Positions 43,968 through 54,139 of a stretch of 64,000 bases of DNA are shown here, in pieces. The stretch's first letter is position 1; every line of letters begins with the position of its first letter. The DNA comes from a virus: positions 2,953-66,952 of the IMG/VR virus record IMGVR_UViG_3300010389_000010. One strand, written 5' to 3'. The position numbers were made by a program, and so were the translations under genes. The notes under the pieces were generated by a model, which was given only the letters and a program-made list of their open reading frames with translations, had not been told where the DNA came from and did not search any database.

Positions 43968-45416
43968 TTAGGCGACACGCGCCAACGCGGCGATGCGTTC
44001 GATCTCCCGGGCAGCGGACTCTGCCATGGCAGTGTAGTATCCGGTGTTCCGGTTGAAGACGAAGACAAGGTGCTCGATCGGAGCTGGAGCCTCAGCGTCG
44101 TAATGGACATACAGGATGCCAGACGCCATGGTTTCAGCGGTGTTGTAGCCTGGATCCAACCAGACCCGGCCGCCGAGAGTTGCACCGAGAACTGACCACC
44201 GGCGCAATGCACGGTTCACAGTCTCTGCGATCTCGACCAGGATCTGTTTAGAGAACGGCTTGTCAACATAGACCTCATGGGCAAGTTCGATCGACTCGAT
44301 GATCGTGTCATGAGATCTCCGGACGCTCCAGAATTTCTTGAGCGTATCGGATGAAGCAACCCTGGATCCCCAGAGCTTGTACCCACCCTGAGGACTGCGA
44401 ACCACAGTCGCAACAGAGTTCTTGTTGAGGTACTGCGATTCAGCTGAAGGATCATTGAGCGAATGCTCGATCGACCGCGCAGCTCCAAGGATGCCCTGGA
44501 TCACATGGTTCGATGGTGAGTACCAGAAGCCTTCCTCGTAATCGACAACCGCCTGCAGACCGCAGACATATGGCGATACAGGCACGCTCACCACTTCACC
44601 GTCAATCGCTGCCTTTACATATGGATCCACGATCAGAAGGCGATCGCTATCGAAGTCAAGACGATACTGGACAGCAGCGGTGGAGTTTGTGTTCGGCCCT
44701 TCGACAACCACACAGGCACGCAAACGACGGGCCAAGCTGAGAAGCTCAATGGCGACAGGGTTCGCAACCTGGCCAAGTGTAGCGGTACCAGCGGCGTCAG
44801 CTCCATCACCGTCAAATGTGACAGGTGCAGTGGTGTAACCATCACCAGGGTTGGTGACCACAATCTCGTCGACCTCCCCGTCTTCGTTGATGGTGCAGAT
44901 AGCGGTTGCGCCAGTACCGTCACCACCGATCGAAACGGCAGGAGCTTCAGTGTAACCGGATCCACCATCGGTAACAGCGATCGAAGCAACGCCGTCAGTC
45001 GGACGGTTTGATGTGAAGCCTGGAGCGCAAAGCAGCTTTGGCTTCAGGTTCAATTCAGGTTGCGCACGACGGAAGGCGTGAATGCCGGTCAGTGTAGAAT
45101 GGTTGCCAAGGATGTTGGCAAGCTGCACTTGCGGGTCAGCATCCTCGTCAATGCGAACAACCACAACTGTCTGTGACGCTCTGGTCGCCTGATCGAAGAT
45201 GCCTTTGATCGCGTCAGGCAGCGTACCGGATGAACCGAGACCGCCTGGGAAGCCATCATACCCATAGATTGGGATAGGCGTGTTGAGCGGCCACAGCTCG
45301 TCATCCGCAAGATCTGCGGTGCCGATAAGGCCAATGATACCGGTGTCGATAGTCTGCACCGGGCGCGGCGAATCCGATTTTTCAATGGTCTCGACGCCGT
45401 GAAGATAGATGTCCAT
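43968..45416 (-). CDS. Contractile tail sheath protein
   Basis: YLHGVETIE, LLCAPGF, WYSPSN, KLWGSR, APAPIEHL. Confidence 0.95.
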   Translation of the reverse strand: MDIYLHGVETIEKSDSPRPVQTIDTGIIGLIGTADLADDELWPLNTPIPIYGYDGFPGGLGSSGTLPDAIKGIFDQATRASQTVVVVRIDEDADPQVQLANILGNHSTLTGIHAFRRAQPELNLKPKLLCAPGFTSNRPTDGVASIAVTDGGSGYTEAPAVSIGGDGTGATAICTINEDGEVDEIVVTNPGDGYTTAPVTFDGDGADAAGTATLGQVANPVAIELLSLARRLRACVVVEGPNTNSTAAVQYRLDFDSDRLLIVDPYVKAAIDGEVVSVPVSPYVCGLQAVVDYEEGFWYSPSNHVIQGILGAARSIEHSLNDPSAESQYLNKNSVATVVRSPQGGYKLWGSRVASSDTLKKFWSVRRSHDTIIESIELAHEVYVDKPFSKQILVEIAETVNRALRRWSVLGATLGGRVWLDPGYNTAETMASGILYVHYDAEAPAPIEHLVFVFNRNTGYYTAMAESAAREIERIAALARVA

Positions 45417-45461
45417 TTTGGGCTCCTGTTCTTGCCTTGCCCAAGGGCGTCTTCCGGGCAC

Positions 45462-45483
45462 AAAAAAACCGCCAGTCGGCGGC
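45462..45483 (-). terminator. Intrinsic terminator upstream of the sheath gene
   Basis: GCCGCC-GACT-GGCGG-TTTTTTT on the minus strand. Confidence 0.7.
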
Positions 45484-45495
45484 TTCATGTTCTGG

Positions 45496-45843
45496 TTAGT
45501 GATATCGGAATAATGCTACCGACAGAAACATGAAGAACCTTCTCCATGCGGGTGTGTTGTCTGCAGCCAGCGCCCGTTCAAAAGGGCCGGCCGCTTCAAC
45601 CCGAGACCATCCAGCCTTGAGCATGTGATCATGCATGGCTGATGCTTTCAGATATCGTTTGTCATGTGGACTGAATATCAGCCAAAGAAACCATGGCACC
45701 GAACAGTCAAAGACAATTCCCTTTGGCACCACGTATTGTAGTCCAGATCCCTTGAAGCCAAGATCCCAAACGATCGGCTCTGCCAGGACGTACTTGATTC
45801 CATCGACGTGAATGAACCCGTCGTGATCAGTATATTTTGACAC
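45496..45843 (-). CDS. DUF1353-like protein
   Basis: VPKG.VFDCSVP...ASAMHDHM. Confidence 0.8.
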   Translation of the reverse strand: MSKYTDHDGFIHVDGIKYVLAEPIVWDLGFKGSGLQYVVPKGIVFDCSVPWFLWLIFSPHDKRYLKASAMHDHMLKAGWSRVEAAGPFERALAADNTPAWRRFFMFLSVALFRYH

Positions 45844-45845
45844 AG

Positions 45846-46481
45846 TTATAGACCGAGAGCGGCCTTGGCAGCTTCTGCCTGAGTCATTGCTGCAGCAAGG
45901 ATGCTTTCGTATTGGTCAGGCGTAGCGGCGTCGATGGCGGCCTCGGTCATGCGACGGAGGCCGGTGATCTGAACGACGACCGCGCGGTATAGGTCTGCTT
46001 TGGCGATGATCGCCACGGCTAGGTCGCCCGGGGCCTCGCCGGTAATCCCGGCCTCGCCCTCGATCATTGCGGTCTGCGAGGCGTCAGCCGACGCGGCCTG
46101 ATAGGCCCGGGCCGCCGCCTCCTTTTGCGTCCATGAGAGTTTTTCGTCGGCCGGGATATTTCCGGTCAGCGTTCTTGTGAAGGCGTCGATATAGTCGACC
46201 ATCGCGGTCTTTGCAGCGTCCGCATCCGGGTACAGTGGGACATCCTCAATAGTTGTCGTTATTACAACCCTATCGTCAAACACTTCCTGAACATCAATCG
46301 AGCGTGTGCTGGAAGAAGTGCTGTTGTCAATCACAATGCTCTCGACTGAAACAACCTTGTCGTTGCCATTTTCGTAGCCTTCGACAACCGGAGAAGCCTT
46401 CTGACCATCTTCAAGAATAAGCCAACCTTTTTCGGAATTGTATTTCCGAATGATTTTGCCGTTTCTGATATGTGCTAACAT
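45846..46481 (-). CDS. Putative tail fibre assembly protein
   Basis: EKLSWTQKEAAARAY...LAVAIIAKA...ITGLRR; follows the fibre genes. Confidence 0.6.
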   Translation of the reverse strand: MLAHIRNGKIIRKYNSEKGWLILEDGQKASPVVEGYENGNDKVVSVESIVIDNSTSSSTRSIDVQEVFDDRVVITTTIEDVPLYPDADAAKTAMVDYIDAFTRTLTGNIPADEKLSWTQKEAAARAYQAASADASQTAMIEGEAGITGEAPGDLAVAIIAKADLYRAVVVQITGLRRMTEAAIDAATPDQYESILAAAMTQAEAAKAALGL

Positions 46482-46492
46482 TTTATTTTCCT

Positions 46493-47170
46493 CTAAAAAT
46501 CAGGGAATGGGGAAGTCGGTGGGCTAAAATCCGCCGAATACCTTGCGACACCTTTTGTAATTCGAAAATCATCCAACCACCCATCAAAATCGGTGTTATA
46601 GTAGGCTTCTCCAATACCCCAACCCGAAAAGTTGTAGGATTTTGTATTGGTTACGCTATCCTCCTCTATCCCATCGATGAATAGTTTCATTGTTGACCCA
46701 GACCGTTGGACACTAATCAGGTGCCACGTTGCTGAAGCAAGAGAAGAGGTGCTTACCAGTATTAGACCGGCTCCATCCTTCCACCACCCCACTGTCTGGT
46801 CTGTTCTTACATGTATCCCTTCCGCGAATTTCCCTTGAGGGGTGAATATGTTTCTTTGTGATCCTGTCGCGTTTATGCGTATCCATACATCAATAGTAAA
46901 ATCGCCAGTGCCGATATTTAGGGGAGTGGAACTCGCAGGCAGCGTTATCTCACAATTGCTTCCGTCAAAACCTGCTGACGATACCCCAAACTTGGCTTGT
47001 GCAGTATCTATTGCAGCACCCCCAAAACTTGACAGGCTGTATGCGTTGTCACTACTGTCGTCGAACGTGGTAGACCCATTGGTTCCGTCCATATGGAGCA
47101 ACAGAGACACACTACTCCAGTAAGGGTCCGAAGGGTCGTAATAGGGCGAAACCATAGGTATCAGGCTCAT
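46493..47170 (-). CDS. LamG/concanavalin-like lectin domain protein (putative receptor-binding tip)
   Basis: VSLLLHMDGTNGSTTF, GDFTIDVW, GWLDDFRITKGVARY. Confidence 0.85.
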   Translation of the reverse strand: MSLIPMVSPYYDPSDPYWSSVSLLLHMDGTNGSTTFDDSSDNAYSLSSFGGAAIDTAQAKFGVSSAGFDGSNCEITLPASSTPLNIGTGDFTIDVWIRINATGSQRNIFTPQGKFAEGIHVRTDQTVGWWKDGAGLILVSTSSLASATWHLISVQRSGSTMKLFIDGIEEDSVTNTKSYNFSGWGIGEAYYNTDFDGWLDDFRITKGVARYSADFSPPTSPFPDF

Positions 47171-48024
47171 GGCTTAACCTTCACAAGCATATAACTAAAG
47201 GCAGGGGTTTTTGTGATGTAAAAATGGAACACATCACCGTTGACTGTTGTTAAACTATCTCCATCAACAAGATCAATTGCACTCGTTGTTAACGCTCCGG
47301 CGCTTCCGTTATTGGTGTACTCAACAATAACGGTACAATTGTTACTCGGTGGTGCAATAGCGTGAGCGCCCCCGTTAACCGCTTTTTGAAAATTGCCATT
47401 GGCTTCATCTATCGTTAGTGTGCCAGAACTCTGCACCCCATTATCGTAAACCGCCCCAGCAAAGCCCGCTGTCAACACTTTGGCTGTGTCAGCGCGGAGT
47501 ATGTCGGCATCGACAGGCTCGTAAACGCCGGAGTGGTTATGCGATGCCGCCGCCTTTCCCGCTAGGTCGGCGACGAGGTTTGTAATCTCCGACTGCGGGT
47601 GTGAGTGCGACGCCGCGGCCTTACCGGCAAGCGCCGCAGTCATTGTCGCCGCAAAGTTCGGATCGTCGCCGAGCGCCGCCGCCAACTCGTTCAGGGTATC
47701 GAGCGTCCCGGGGGAGGCGTCGACAAGAGCCGAGACCGCGGCATTAGCCGCCGCCGCGCCCGCGGTTTCCGCGATCAGTTTTGCAAAGGCCGTCGTCGCG
47801 ATCTGGGTGCTATCGGTCCCGGGAGTTGCCGTCGGGGCGGTAGGTGTTCCGGTAAAGGCCGGGCTATCAGCGGTCACGAATCCTACGATCGTTGCCAAAG
47901 CAGTAGCCATATCTGCATCAATGGCGTTTAATGCAGAAATGATACGTGGCCAATCATCCTCAAGGAAGTTGGCTATGTCTGGCAGCTGGTACGAACGGTT
48001 CGGCGTGACGTTTTCAACGGGCAT
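47167..48024 (-). CDS. Tail fibre protein
   Basis: SPAFTGTPTAPT, LDTLNELAAALGDDPNFA, HSH/HNH motifs. Confidence 0.88.
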   Translation of the reverse strand: MPVENVTPNRSYQLPDIANFLEDDWPRIISALNAIDADMATALATIVGFVTADSPAFTGTPTAPTATPGTDSTQIATTAFAKLIAETAGAAAANAAVSALVDASPGTLDTLNELAAALGDDPNFAATMTAALAGKAAASHSHPQSEITNLVADLAGKAAASHNHSGVYEPVDADILRADTAKVLTAGFAGAVYDNGVQSSGTLTIDEANGNFQKAVNGGAHAIAPPSNNCTVIVEYTNNGSAGALTTSAIDLVDGDSLTTVNGDVFHFYITKTPAFSYMLVKVKP

Positions 48025-48035
48025 CTATCAGCTCC

Positions 48036-51000
48036 TTAAATCGAGTAGGCGCGAAGATCGGAAACAGCAGGCCTGGCTGCCGGCGTTCCGGTGAGTGTGA
48101 TCTTGACACGCCCACCTAAGGCAGCTGTCCAAGGATCTTCGGTGTATCTTCTGTCGATATCCCCGTTGGTAAGGATCTCGCTCTCAGCCAATGCCACAGA
48201 AACCCATGTGTCATCATGCTTGTCGATCTCAACGGTAAGTGTTGCGCCGTTCGGGATATTCGTTTTCAGCCTAATGTCCTGACGGATTGCTGTGCCCATA
48301 TCGAAGCCTTCGCTGATATAGGTTCCGGATGTACGCATCGCTCCTGGAATGGCCAGGATGTTACGACCGAGGATCGGAGAGACCTTTGCGGCTCCATCAA
48401 GAATGGCTTCAATCAGAACATTGCCTGTGAAATAGGAAGACCGTTCAAAGTTCTGCCCAGGTTCAATCAGGATGGATGGCTCACCATCCGGTGTTATCCT
48501 GAAGCGAATCCTGGTCTGATCGGTCGGCAAGGTCACATTGGAAGTCACGATGATGTCAGACATATTGGTGACAGCGATCGTTCCGCAATCCACTACCTTC
48601 TGGACCGGATCAAAGACAGCGCCATACACGCGCATGGTAAGATCCTCATCCTGGTGTGGAGTCCATGTTCTTGCGTTTGATGAAGAGAGAAGGACGCCGA
48701 CTGTGTACGGCTGAGCGCCGACCCATTTTTCAGCGGCTGCATCATAGCTACCGCGCCTTGCAATATGCACTGAATGATCTGCGTCGTTCGTTTTGATCAC
48801 AAAGGCATATTCAACGCCGGCAGGAATAAATACAGGGACAGGGAACGAGAATTTCTGCCAGTTACCAACGATAACTGTTGCCATATCGATCTCAGCCTGG
48901 GCGATTCTGTTGACTGTCGGGATCCCGTTTTCAACGGTAACTATCTCACAAACCACCGGATTTGATGTGTCGCCGACTACACAGAACTTTACATCCAATG
49001 AAGTGATGTGCCGGTTCTCATTCAGCATGAATGTTTGAGCGAGAGGATCATCACCACCGCCACCGATTGGACGTGGCTGCGGCTGGTTCCAACGCCTGAT
49101 CTCTGTGATGCTTTGGCGATCGATGTCAGTGATCAGCCCACGACCTTCGAACCTGGCATTGGCATTCCCACCACTGGCACCCTCGACATAAACATCCTTG
49201 ATGCCCGTCGTTACATTCGCTGGAATATTGAAGTTTCCAGACGCGATACCTGAAGCATTGCCGACAAGGCCGCCCGGATCTACATCAATGCCTTCGAATG
49301 TCAGGATATCGACCGTCTCGCCTTCGCCAAGGTTCCCTACCTCAAAGGCAATTGGGATCTGGCGAAGGAACACTGCCTCTCTTGTCTGTATGTTTTCCAA
49401 GACGGTCTGGCTCGTAACCCTGGACTGGCTTCCTTGACCGAATACTCTGGTGATTGGCGACAACCAGGTGGCGTTGGTTTCTTCCCAGAAATCTTCCGAC
49501 GGTGTCAGAACCAAGCTGAGTGGCAGTGTATCAAATACCTGATACGGATTGATCTTGTTGCAGTTCGTCGACAGATCCTGGCGGATGATCACTTCCTCAG
49601 TGAAATCCAGGAACGTAACCGTTGCCCGGTTCAATGGCTTGAAATCAGGATCAATGGCGATCTGGCAGGTCTCATCAAACACGGCCGCGTCCTGGGCCTC
49701 ACCTGCATCTCTGTATCTGTCATCACGGAATGGATCCACAAAGACTCGGTGCTTTGCATTCGGCTCTCTTGATGAGATGTCGTGCGTCAAACGCTGAAGT
49801 GCAATGAGATCCACGGCGTCAACCAGACGGTTATACATGCGCCAGATCTGCCAGTACGGCATGTTGCGCGTACCATTGTTGATGATCGTCGGGGTTCCAA
49901 ACCAATCATTGTGGACTTCACAGAGAGACAGAAGGAACTTTGGAGTCATCGGTGGCTGTGGCTGCTCTCTGGTAGAGATACCTTTCAGGTAAGCGATGTT
50001 GCCATCCTGGTCCAAGCAAATGCGGTCAACACGAGGCAGCTTGAAGGAGTAGTTCACAATTACCTGACCACCATCAATGCCACCCGAAACCGTGATTGCG
50101 GTATCGGTAATACTGTCAGGCGTCACCGCCACCAGGTAGTTGTAGGTCACATCGTATGACGATGCACCGGAAGGCTCAATGCCGCCAGGAGACCAGTCAA
50201 CGCTATCACCTGACAAGATGTAGTCCGTTGTCTCAGTGTAGGTTGTTTCGCCCTGCTCAACCAATACGATCGAAGTGACACCAGTTTTGGAAAGAAGGTC
50301 ATCGGTATTGGCGACCCCCCCGCGAACGATCGTCTCGGTATGCTCTTTCTCAATGATGATTGAGTTCAAGCCATTGAGTGGTGGGTGATTGAGCGTGATT
50401 ACCGCACTGCCGCCGTCATCAACATAGGTATGAGGCTCAGCCGCAATCGTTTCGATGTCAGGGCTTTCAGTCTCTGCGTACCTGGTTGCAGAATATCTCT
50501 CACGTTTGAAGCCGAGAATGTTGGCGATGCCTTCACCAATCGAGAATATCTGATCGGTTCCTGTCTTGCCGATAGCCGCGACAACACACCCTTCGTCGAT
50601 GTAGTTCTCGTGGGCGCCATAGTCATACTTGGCAATCTGCTGGTTGATACCAGTTAGGGACGGTGGCGGTGACTGGTCGGTGACATAACCGTCACGCAGA
50701 GAGTAAACAGCATACAGCGCGCCTTCCTCTCCATCTCCAGACCAACCCCATTCAAGATTGTACTTCAGGCGGACAGCGCCACCCTCACCCTCAGCAAGGG
50801 TTCCAGGATGAAGACCTAGAAGATCCGGATCATCTTCATGGTCAATGACCTCTTCGACGATCCTGACGCCAATATAGACATCTCCGACCACAGAAACGCC
50901 GGTAAGAGAAGCGCCTTCGACATCGCGAACGTCACCCCTTAGATATACCTGCCCGGACGAGAGAGTGTAATCGCCAGCTACGATATCATCGGTGATGATT

Positions 51001-51203
51001 TCACAACCGCGGACTCTGTCTCCATCTTGCGCAACGAGATTACCAACCCGGGTGCGCTTCTGATCTTGGCGGGTGATCAGCTCGTTGATCTCGGCGCCTT
51101 GTGACATGACGCTTTCACGAACATAGATCCGCTCATACTCAGGCTTATCCGGGCCACGATCATAGATATCATCACGTCCTGGCAATGGCTTGAAATCTGG
51201 CAT
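48036..51203 (-). CDS. Large baseplate/tail protein (DUF4815-like)
   Basis: QGAEINE, FVDPFRDDRYRD, DPLAQTF; position after gpI. Confidence 0.75.
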   Translation of the reverse strand: MPDFKPLPGRDDIYDRGPDKPEYERIYVRESVMSQGAEINELITRQDQKRTRVGNLVAQDGDRVRGCEIITDDIVAGDYTLSSGQVYLRGDVRDVEGASLTGVSVVGDVYIGVRIVEEVIDHEDDPDLLGLHPGTLAEGEGGAVRLKYNLEWGWSGDGEEGALYAVYSLRDGYVTDQSPPPSLTGINQQIAKYDYGAHENYIDEGCVVAAIGKTGTDQIFSIGEGIANILGFKRERYSATRYAETESPDIETIAAEPHTYVDDGGSAVITLNHPPLNGLNSIIIEKEHTETIVRGGVANTDDLLSKTGVTSIVLVEQGETTYTETTDYILSGDSVDWSPGGIEPSGASSYDVTYNYLVAVTPDSITDTAITVSGGIDGGQVIVNYSFKLPRVDRICLDQDGNIAYLKGISTREQPQPPMTPKFLLSLCEVHNDWFGTPTIINNGTRNMPYWQIWRMYNRLVDAVDLIALQRLTHDISSREPNAKHRVFVDPFRDDRYRDAGEAQDAAVFDETCQIAIDPDFKPLNRATVTFLDFTEEVIIRQDLSTNCNKINPYQVFDTLPLSLVLTPSEDFWEETNATWLSPITRVFGQGSQSRVTSQTVLENIQTREAVFLRQIPIAFEVGNLGEGETVDILTFEGIDVDPGGLVGNASGIASGNFNIPANVTTGIKDVYVEGASGGNANARFEGRGLITDIDRQSITEIRRWNQPQPRPIGGGGDDPLAQTFMLNENRHITSLDVKFCVVGDTSNPVVCEIVTVENGIPTVNRIAQAEIDMATVIVGNWQKFSFPVPVFIPAGVEYAFVIKTNDADHSVHIARRGSYDAAAEKWVGAQPYTVGVLLSSSNARTWTPHQDEDLTMRVYGAVFDPVQKVVDCGTIAVTNMSDIIVTSNVTLPTDQTRIRFRITPDGEPSILIEPGQNFERSSYFTGNVLIEAILDGAAKVSPILGRNILAIPGAMRTSGTYISEGFDMGTAIRQDIRLKTNIPNGATLTVEIDKHDDTWVSVALAESEILTNGDIDRRYTEDPWTAALGGRVKITLTGTPAARPAVSDLRAYSI

Positions 51204-51204
51204 A

Positions 51205-52302
51205 TCAAACTTCCACGGTTAGGGTCACATGCTCACGAACGGTTCGACGGAACTCGATCGGCATTGCAATAAAATCAGTCTTCAGGTTCTCGGATGTCAG
51301 GTCCGGATTGAAGGCAATCTCTCCAGGCTCAAGCCAAAGCTTTCCGGGCTTCTCAAGATCTGAAGGGAATGAGTGAAACAGGATTGCGACTTTCGCCGCG
51401 GTGGCTTCGAAACCATCTCCGAAATCAGTACGGCACCGGATCTCGAAGTATGCTGTGTTGGCGATAGGTGGGAAATCGCCAGTGACGTCCCTCACACCGA
51501 ACGCCCTACGGTAACCGATCGGTTGATCGGCAGCATCGTAGAACCCGATGTAAGCAGGGATGCGTGACATCAGGAAAACCTTCAGAGCCGCAGCATCAGT
51601 CACACCTTGCCATGTGATTCCAGGAGTGTTGGCAGGGATTGGATCCCAACCGATCGGATCTCCATTCTCATAATCAACTGATAGCTCTTGGCGCTGTGTC
51701 TCTGTCAGAGAAACCGAACCACTGTAGTCCTGACCGTGCGACCATTTGGTTTTGCCACCCGGAACACGGACGCCGCTGTCATTACCCCAAAGGGACTCAC
51801 CCCATTTTTTCCAGCCATATTCGAGCGGCCGTACATCGTAGAGCTCAAAGCCACGATAGAATGGAGACCTTGCAGGAGCGCTGACCGTGCCGAGATATTC
51901 GGCATCGAGCAGTCTTTCCAGTTCCTCTTCCTGCGTGGGAACCTCTCCCATTTCAATTTGAAAGCGGTTCCATAGGCGTCGTCTGAGAACGACATCGTGG
52001 ATGGTGATTGTGTCGTAATCAATCCATCCGAGTGCAGCGATGATAGCTGCCGGCGTTCCCTTCAGCCTTTGCCAAGGGATACCGGTATCAATAAGATCGT
52101 TTTGATCTGCGAAGAACCTGGAGATCTCGCCAAGTCCGTATTCGATCGACAGCCACGGCAAGAAATTGTCCGGCCGATCAATCAGCTTCTGCGTGCGAAG
52201 GCTTTCAATGGTAGGAGCCAGGATATCTTCTCGATCGAAGCCGAGCGCCATACCCTTTTCAAAGGTGGTGGACGTGCCCGGGAGCAAATGTCTCCGGGTC
52301 AT
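51205..52302 (-). CDS. P2 gpI-like baseplate protein
   Basis: LLPGTSTTFE, FLPWLS.EYGLG, KGTPAAI..AL. Confidence 0.8.
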   Translation of the reverse strand: MTRRHLLPGTSTTFEKGMALGFDREDILAPTIESLRTQKLIDRPDNFLPWLSIEYGLGEISRFFADQNDLIDTGIPWQRLKGTPAAIIAALGWIDYDTITIHDVVLRRRLWNRFQIEMGEVPTQEEELERLLDAEYLGTVSAPARSPFYRGFELYDVRPLEYGWKKWGESLWGNDSGVRVPGGKTKWSHGQDYSGSVSLTETQRQELSVDYENGDPIGWDPIPANTPGITWQGVTDAAALKVFLMSRIPAYIGFYDAADQPIGYRRAFGVRDVTGDFPPIANTAYFEIRCRTDFGDGFEATAAKVAILFHSFPSDLEKPGKLWLEPGEIAFNPDLTSENLKTDFIAMPIEFRRTVREHVTLTVEV

Positions 52303-53168
52303 CAGGTTCTATAACCCTCGAACGTCAAGGTGATAGTTCCAAGCGCGATCGCTTCATCACTGTCCACAGTCACGTCGGCGACCGGTGCGGTGAGATCCAC
52401 ATTCTGGACACCAGCTTGATGGAGAGCGTGCACCAGCCAAGATCTGGTCATATCCAGTCCCAACCTTTGCCTGTCGTTCCACAACGTCTGGAGAGTTGCT
52501 TCAAGGCTATTGAACACCGTAATGCCAACACCCTCGAGCAGGTAAATCTTTGCGGTGACATCAACCTCTTGCTGTACTGCAGCACGAACCGTCACGTTGT
52601 CGCTGATAACACGAACTGCATCCGCATCGATCGCAGCTTGAACCGTGTCAATCAGATCCTGGGATGCAACACCGCCTTCCTCTGTACTGAGGATATTGAG
52701 ATAGACATTGTGTGTATTGTGCAGGCCAGAAGCCAGTGCTTCCCTTACCCGTACATCTGCAGTCAATGCCTGGAATTCATACCAGTGACGGGGCCCGGCA
52801 GTTGAACGACCTTTGATGGCCAGGACAACCCGATGCCGCAGCGCCTTGTCGGTTTCATCCTCGAGTCTTGTGACACCATAGAACGATGCCAGCATATCGA
52901 GATCCGCCTGAGACGAAAACGGCACCATGTAGGCACGCATTGCCTCATTGATCCTCTGGCGCAATCGCTGTTCGCGTCCAGCATAAACCTCTGCCTGAAT
53001 AACGACAGGGTCTGTTTCGAGAGCGCCAACATCATAGGTCAGGCCAATGGTTGCGAACTCAGCTTCCACTTCAGCGATGATCTGGTCACGAAGAACAGTG
53101 TAGTCCAGCTCTTCAATGACATCTGGAAGCGGGAGATTGAGGTATTCTTCTGGAAGCTCAGACATCAC
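52302..53168 (-). CDS. Baseplate J-like protein
   Basis: LPLPDVIEELDY, STAGP..WYEF.AL.AD. Confidence 0.92.
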   Translation of the reverse strand: MMSELPEEYLNLPLPDVIEELDYTVLRDQIIAEVEAEFATIGLTYDVGALETDPVVIQAEVYAGREQRLRQRINEAMRAYMVPFSSQADLDMLASFYGVTRLEDETDKALRHRVVLAIKGRSTAGPRHWYEFQALTADVRVREALASGLHNTHNVYLNILSTEEGGVASQDLIDTVQAAIDADAVRVISDNVTVRAAVQQEVDVTAKIYLLEGVGITVFNSLEATLQTLWNDRQRLGLDMTRSWLVHALHQAGVQNVDLTAPVADVTVDSDEAIALGTITLTFEGYRT

Positions 53169-53551
53169 AACCTAACCAATCCGAATTGATCTTCAAAAAC
53201 GGTGAAGTCTCCCTTGTGCCCATAAGGGAAATAGATCCCACCTATGTTCAATGTCACGATGGCAGGCGTACCAAGATCCAGAATTGTCATGTTCGGTTGA
53301 AAGTTCGGTTCACCAAGGAACCTGTTTCCGAATGGACGTGGTTCGAGCGCTTCAGCCACCGCGATCGCAAAGTCGACGATGATCTCTTCGGTCTGTGGTT
53401 TATCAATCAGACCTTCAAGATTTGCCCCAAAGTCCCGGCGTTCGAATCTACTACCAATCTCAGTCGACACGATCGTCTGGATCGATTGTGAAACATGAGG
53501 CCAACCGGTGAGGATTTCACCGGTCGACCTGTCAACGCCGGTACGGCTCAT
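53165..53551 (-). CDS. gpW/gp25-like baseplate wedge protein
   Basis: GVDRSTG...HVSQSI..I.ST.IGSR..RRDFG. Confidence 0.9.
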   Translation of the reverse strand: MSRTGVDRSTGEILTGWPHVSQSIQTIVSTEIGSRFERRDFGANLEGLIDKPQTEEIIVDFAIAVAEALEPRPFGNRFLGEPNFQPNMTILDLGTPAIVTLNIGGIYFPYGHKGDFTVFEDQFGLVRL

Positions 53552-53823
53552 TTGTCGGAGCTGTCATCCGCATCGGACTTGTCATCCGATGGCTCAGGCT
53601 TTGCAGCGACTGGCTCAGGCTTTTTCGGCTCAGGAGCCTTTGGAGCTGCTGGCTTCGTCTTCCTGGGTGCGCCTTTCTTGCGAACCTTGTGGCCTTCATA
53701 CTTGACCTCGGCATCGCTCATCGCAACCTCATCGCCGACCTGGCGGTACTGTCCCATGAGCCAACCTTCAAGCTCAACGATGTAGATCGTCTTGTTCGGT
53801 TTATCAGGCATTTCATTCTCCAA
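53548..53823 (-). CDS. Small hypothetical protein with K/P/E-rich tail
   Basis: Operon position. Confidence 0.7.
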   Translation of the reverse strand: MENEMPDKPNKTIYIVELEGWLMGQYRQVGDEVAMSDAEVKYEGHKVRKKGAPRKTKPAAPKAPEPKKPEPVAAKPEPSDDKSDADDSSDK

Positions 53824-53854
53824 TCAGTTTCAGAGTGTTGATTGACCTAAGCCG

Positions 53855-54139
53855 CTAACCAGCAAAGGTGTTTGGTGAGCCGGCCGCCGTGTCAGGAGCG
53901 CAATGTGGCGGCAATGGGCAAAACGCGTCAGGCTCTGCCGTATCTGGAGCATGAACAATTACTCGTTTCCCACTGATCCTGACGTGAGATATGGAAGCAA
54001 TCAATGCGCCACCGCCATGGTTATTGGGATCACCTTCAACGGCCCATAATTTACCATTGACCCGGACAAATCCCTGACCGGTTACGACTGTCGCCGCACC
54101 ACAAATTCTCGCATCACCTTCCCTGTGTGCCGCTGGCAT
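53855..54139 (-). CDS. PAAR-like spike tip protein
   Basis: MPAAHREGD..ICGA...V.VNGK.WAVEGD...H..P. Confidence 0.88.
   Translation of the reverse strand: MPAAHREGDARICGAATVVTGQGFVRVNGKLWAVEGDPNNHGGGALIASISHVRISGKRVIVHAPDTAEPDAFCPLPPHCAPDTAAGSPNTFAG

Noticed and set aside
45846-51203. Diversity-generating retroelement or invertible tail-fibre cassette
   Set aside because: No reverse transcriptase, template/variable repeat pair, invertase or inverted fibre copy was seen
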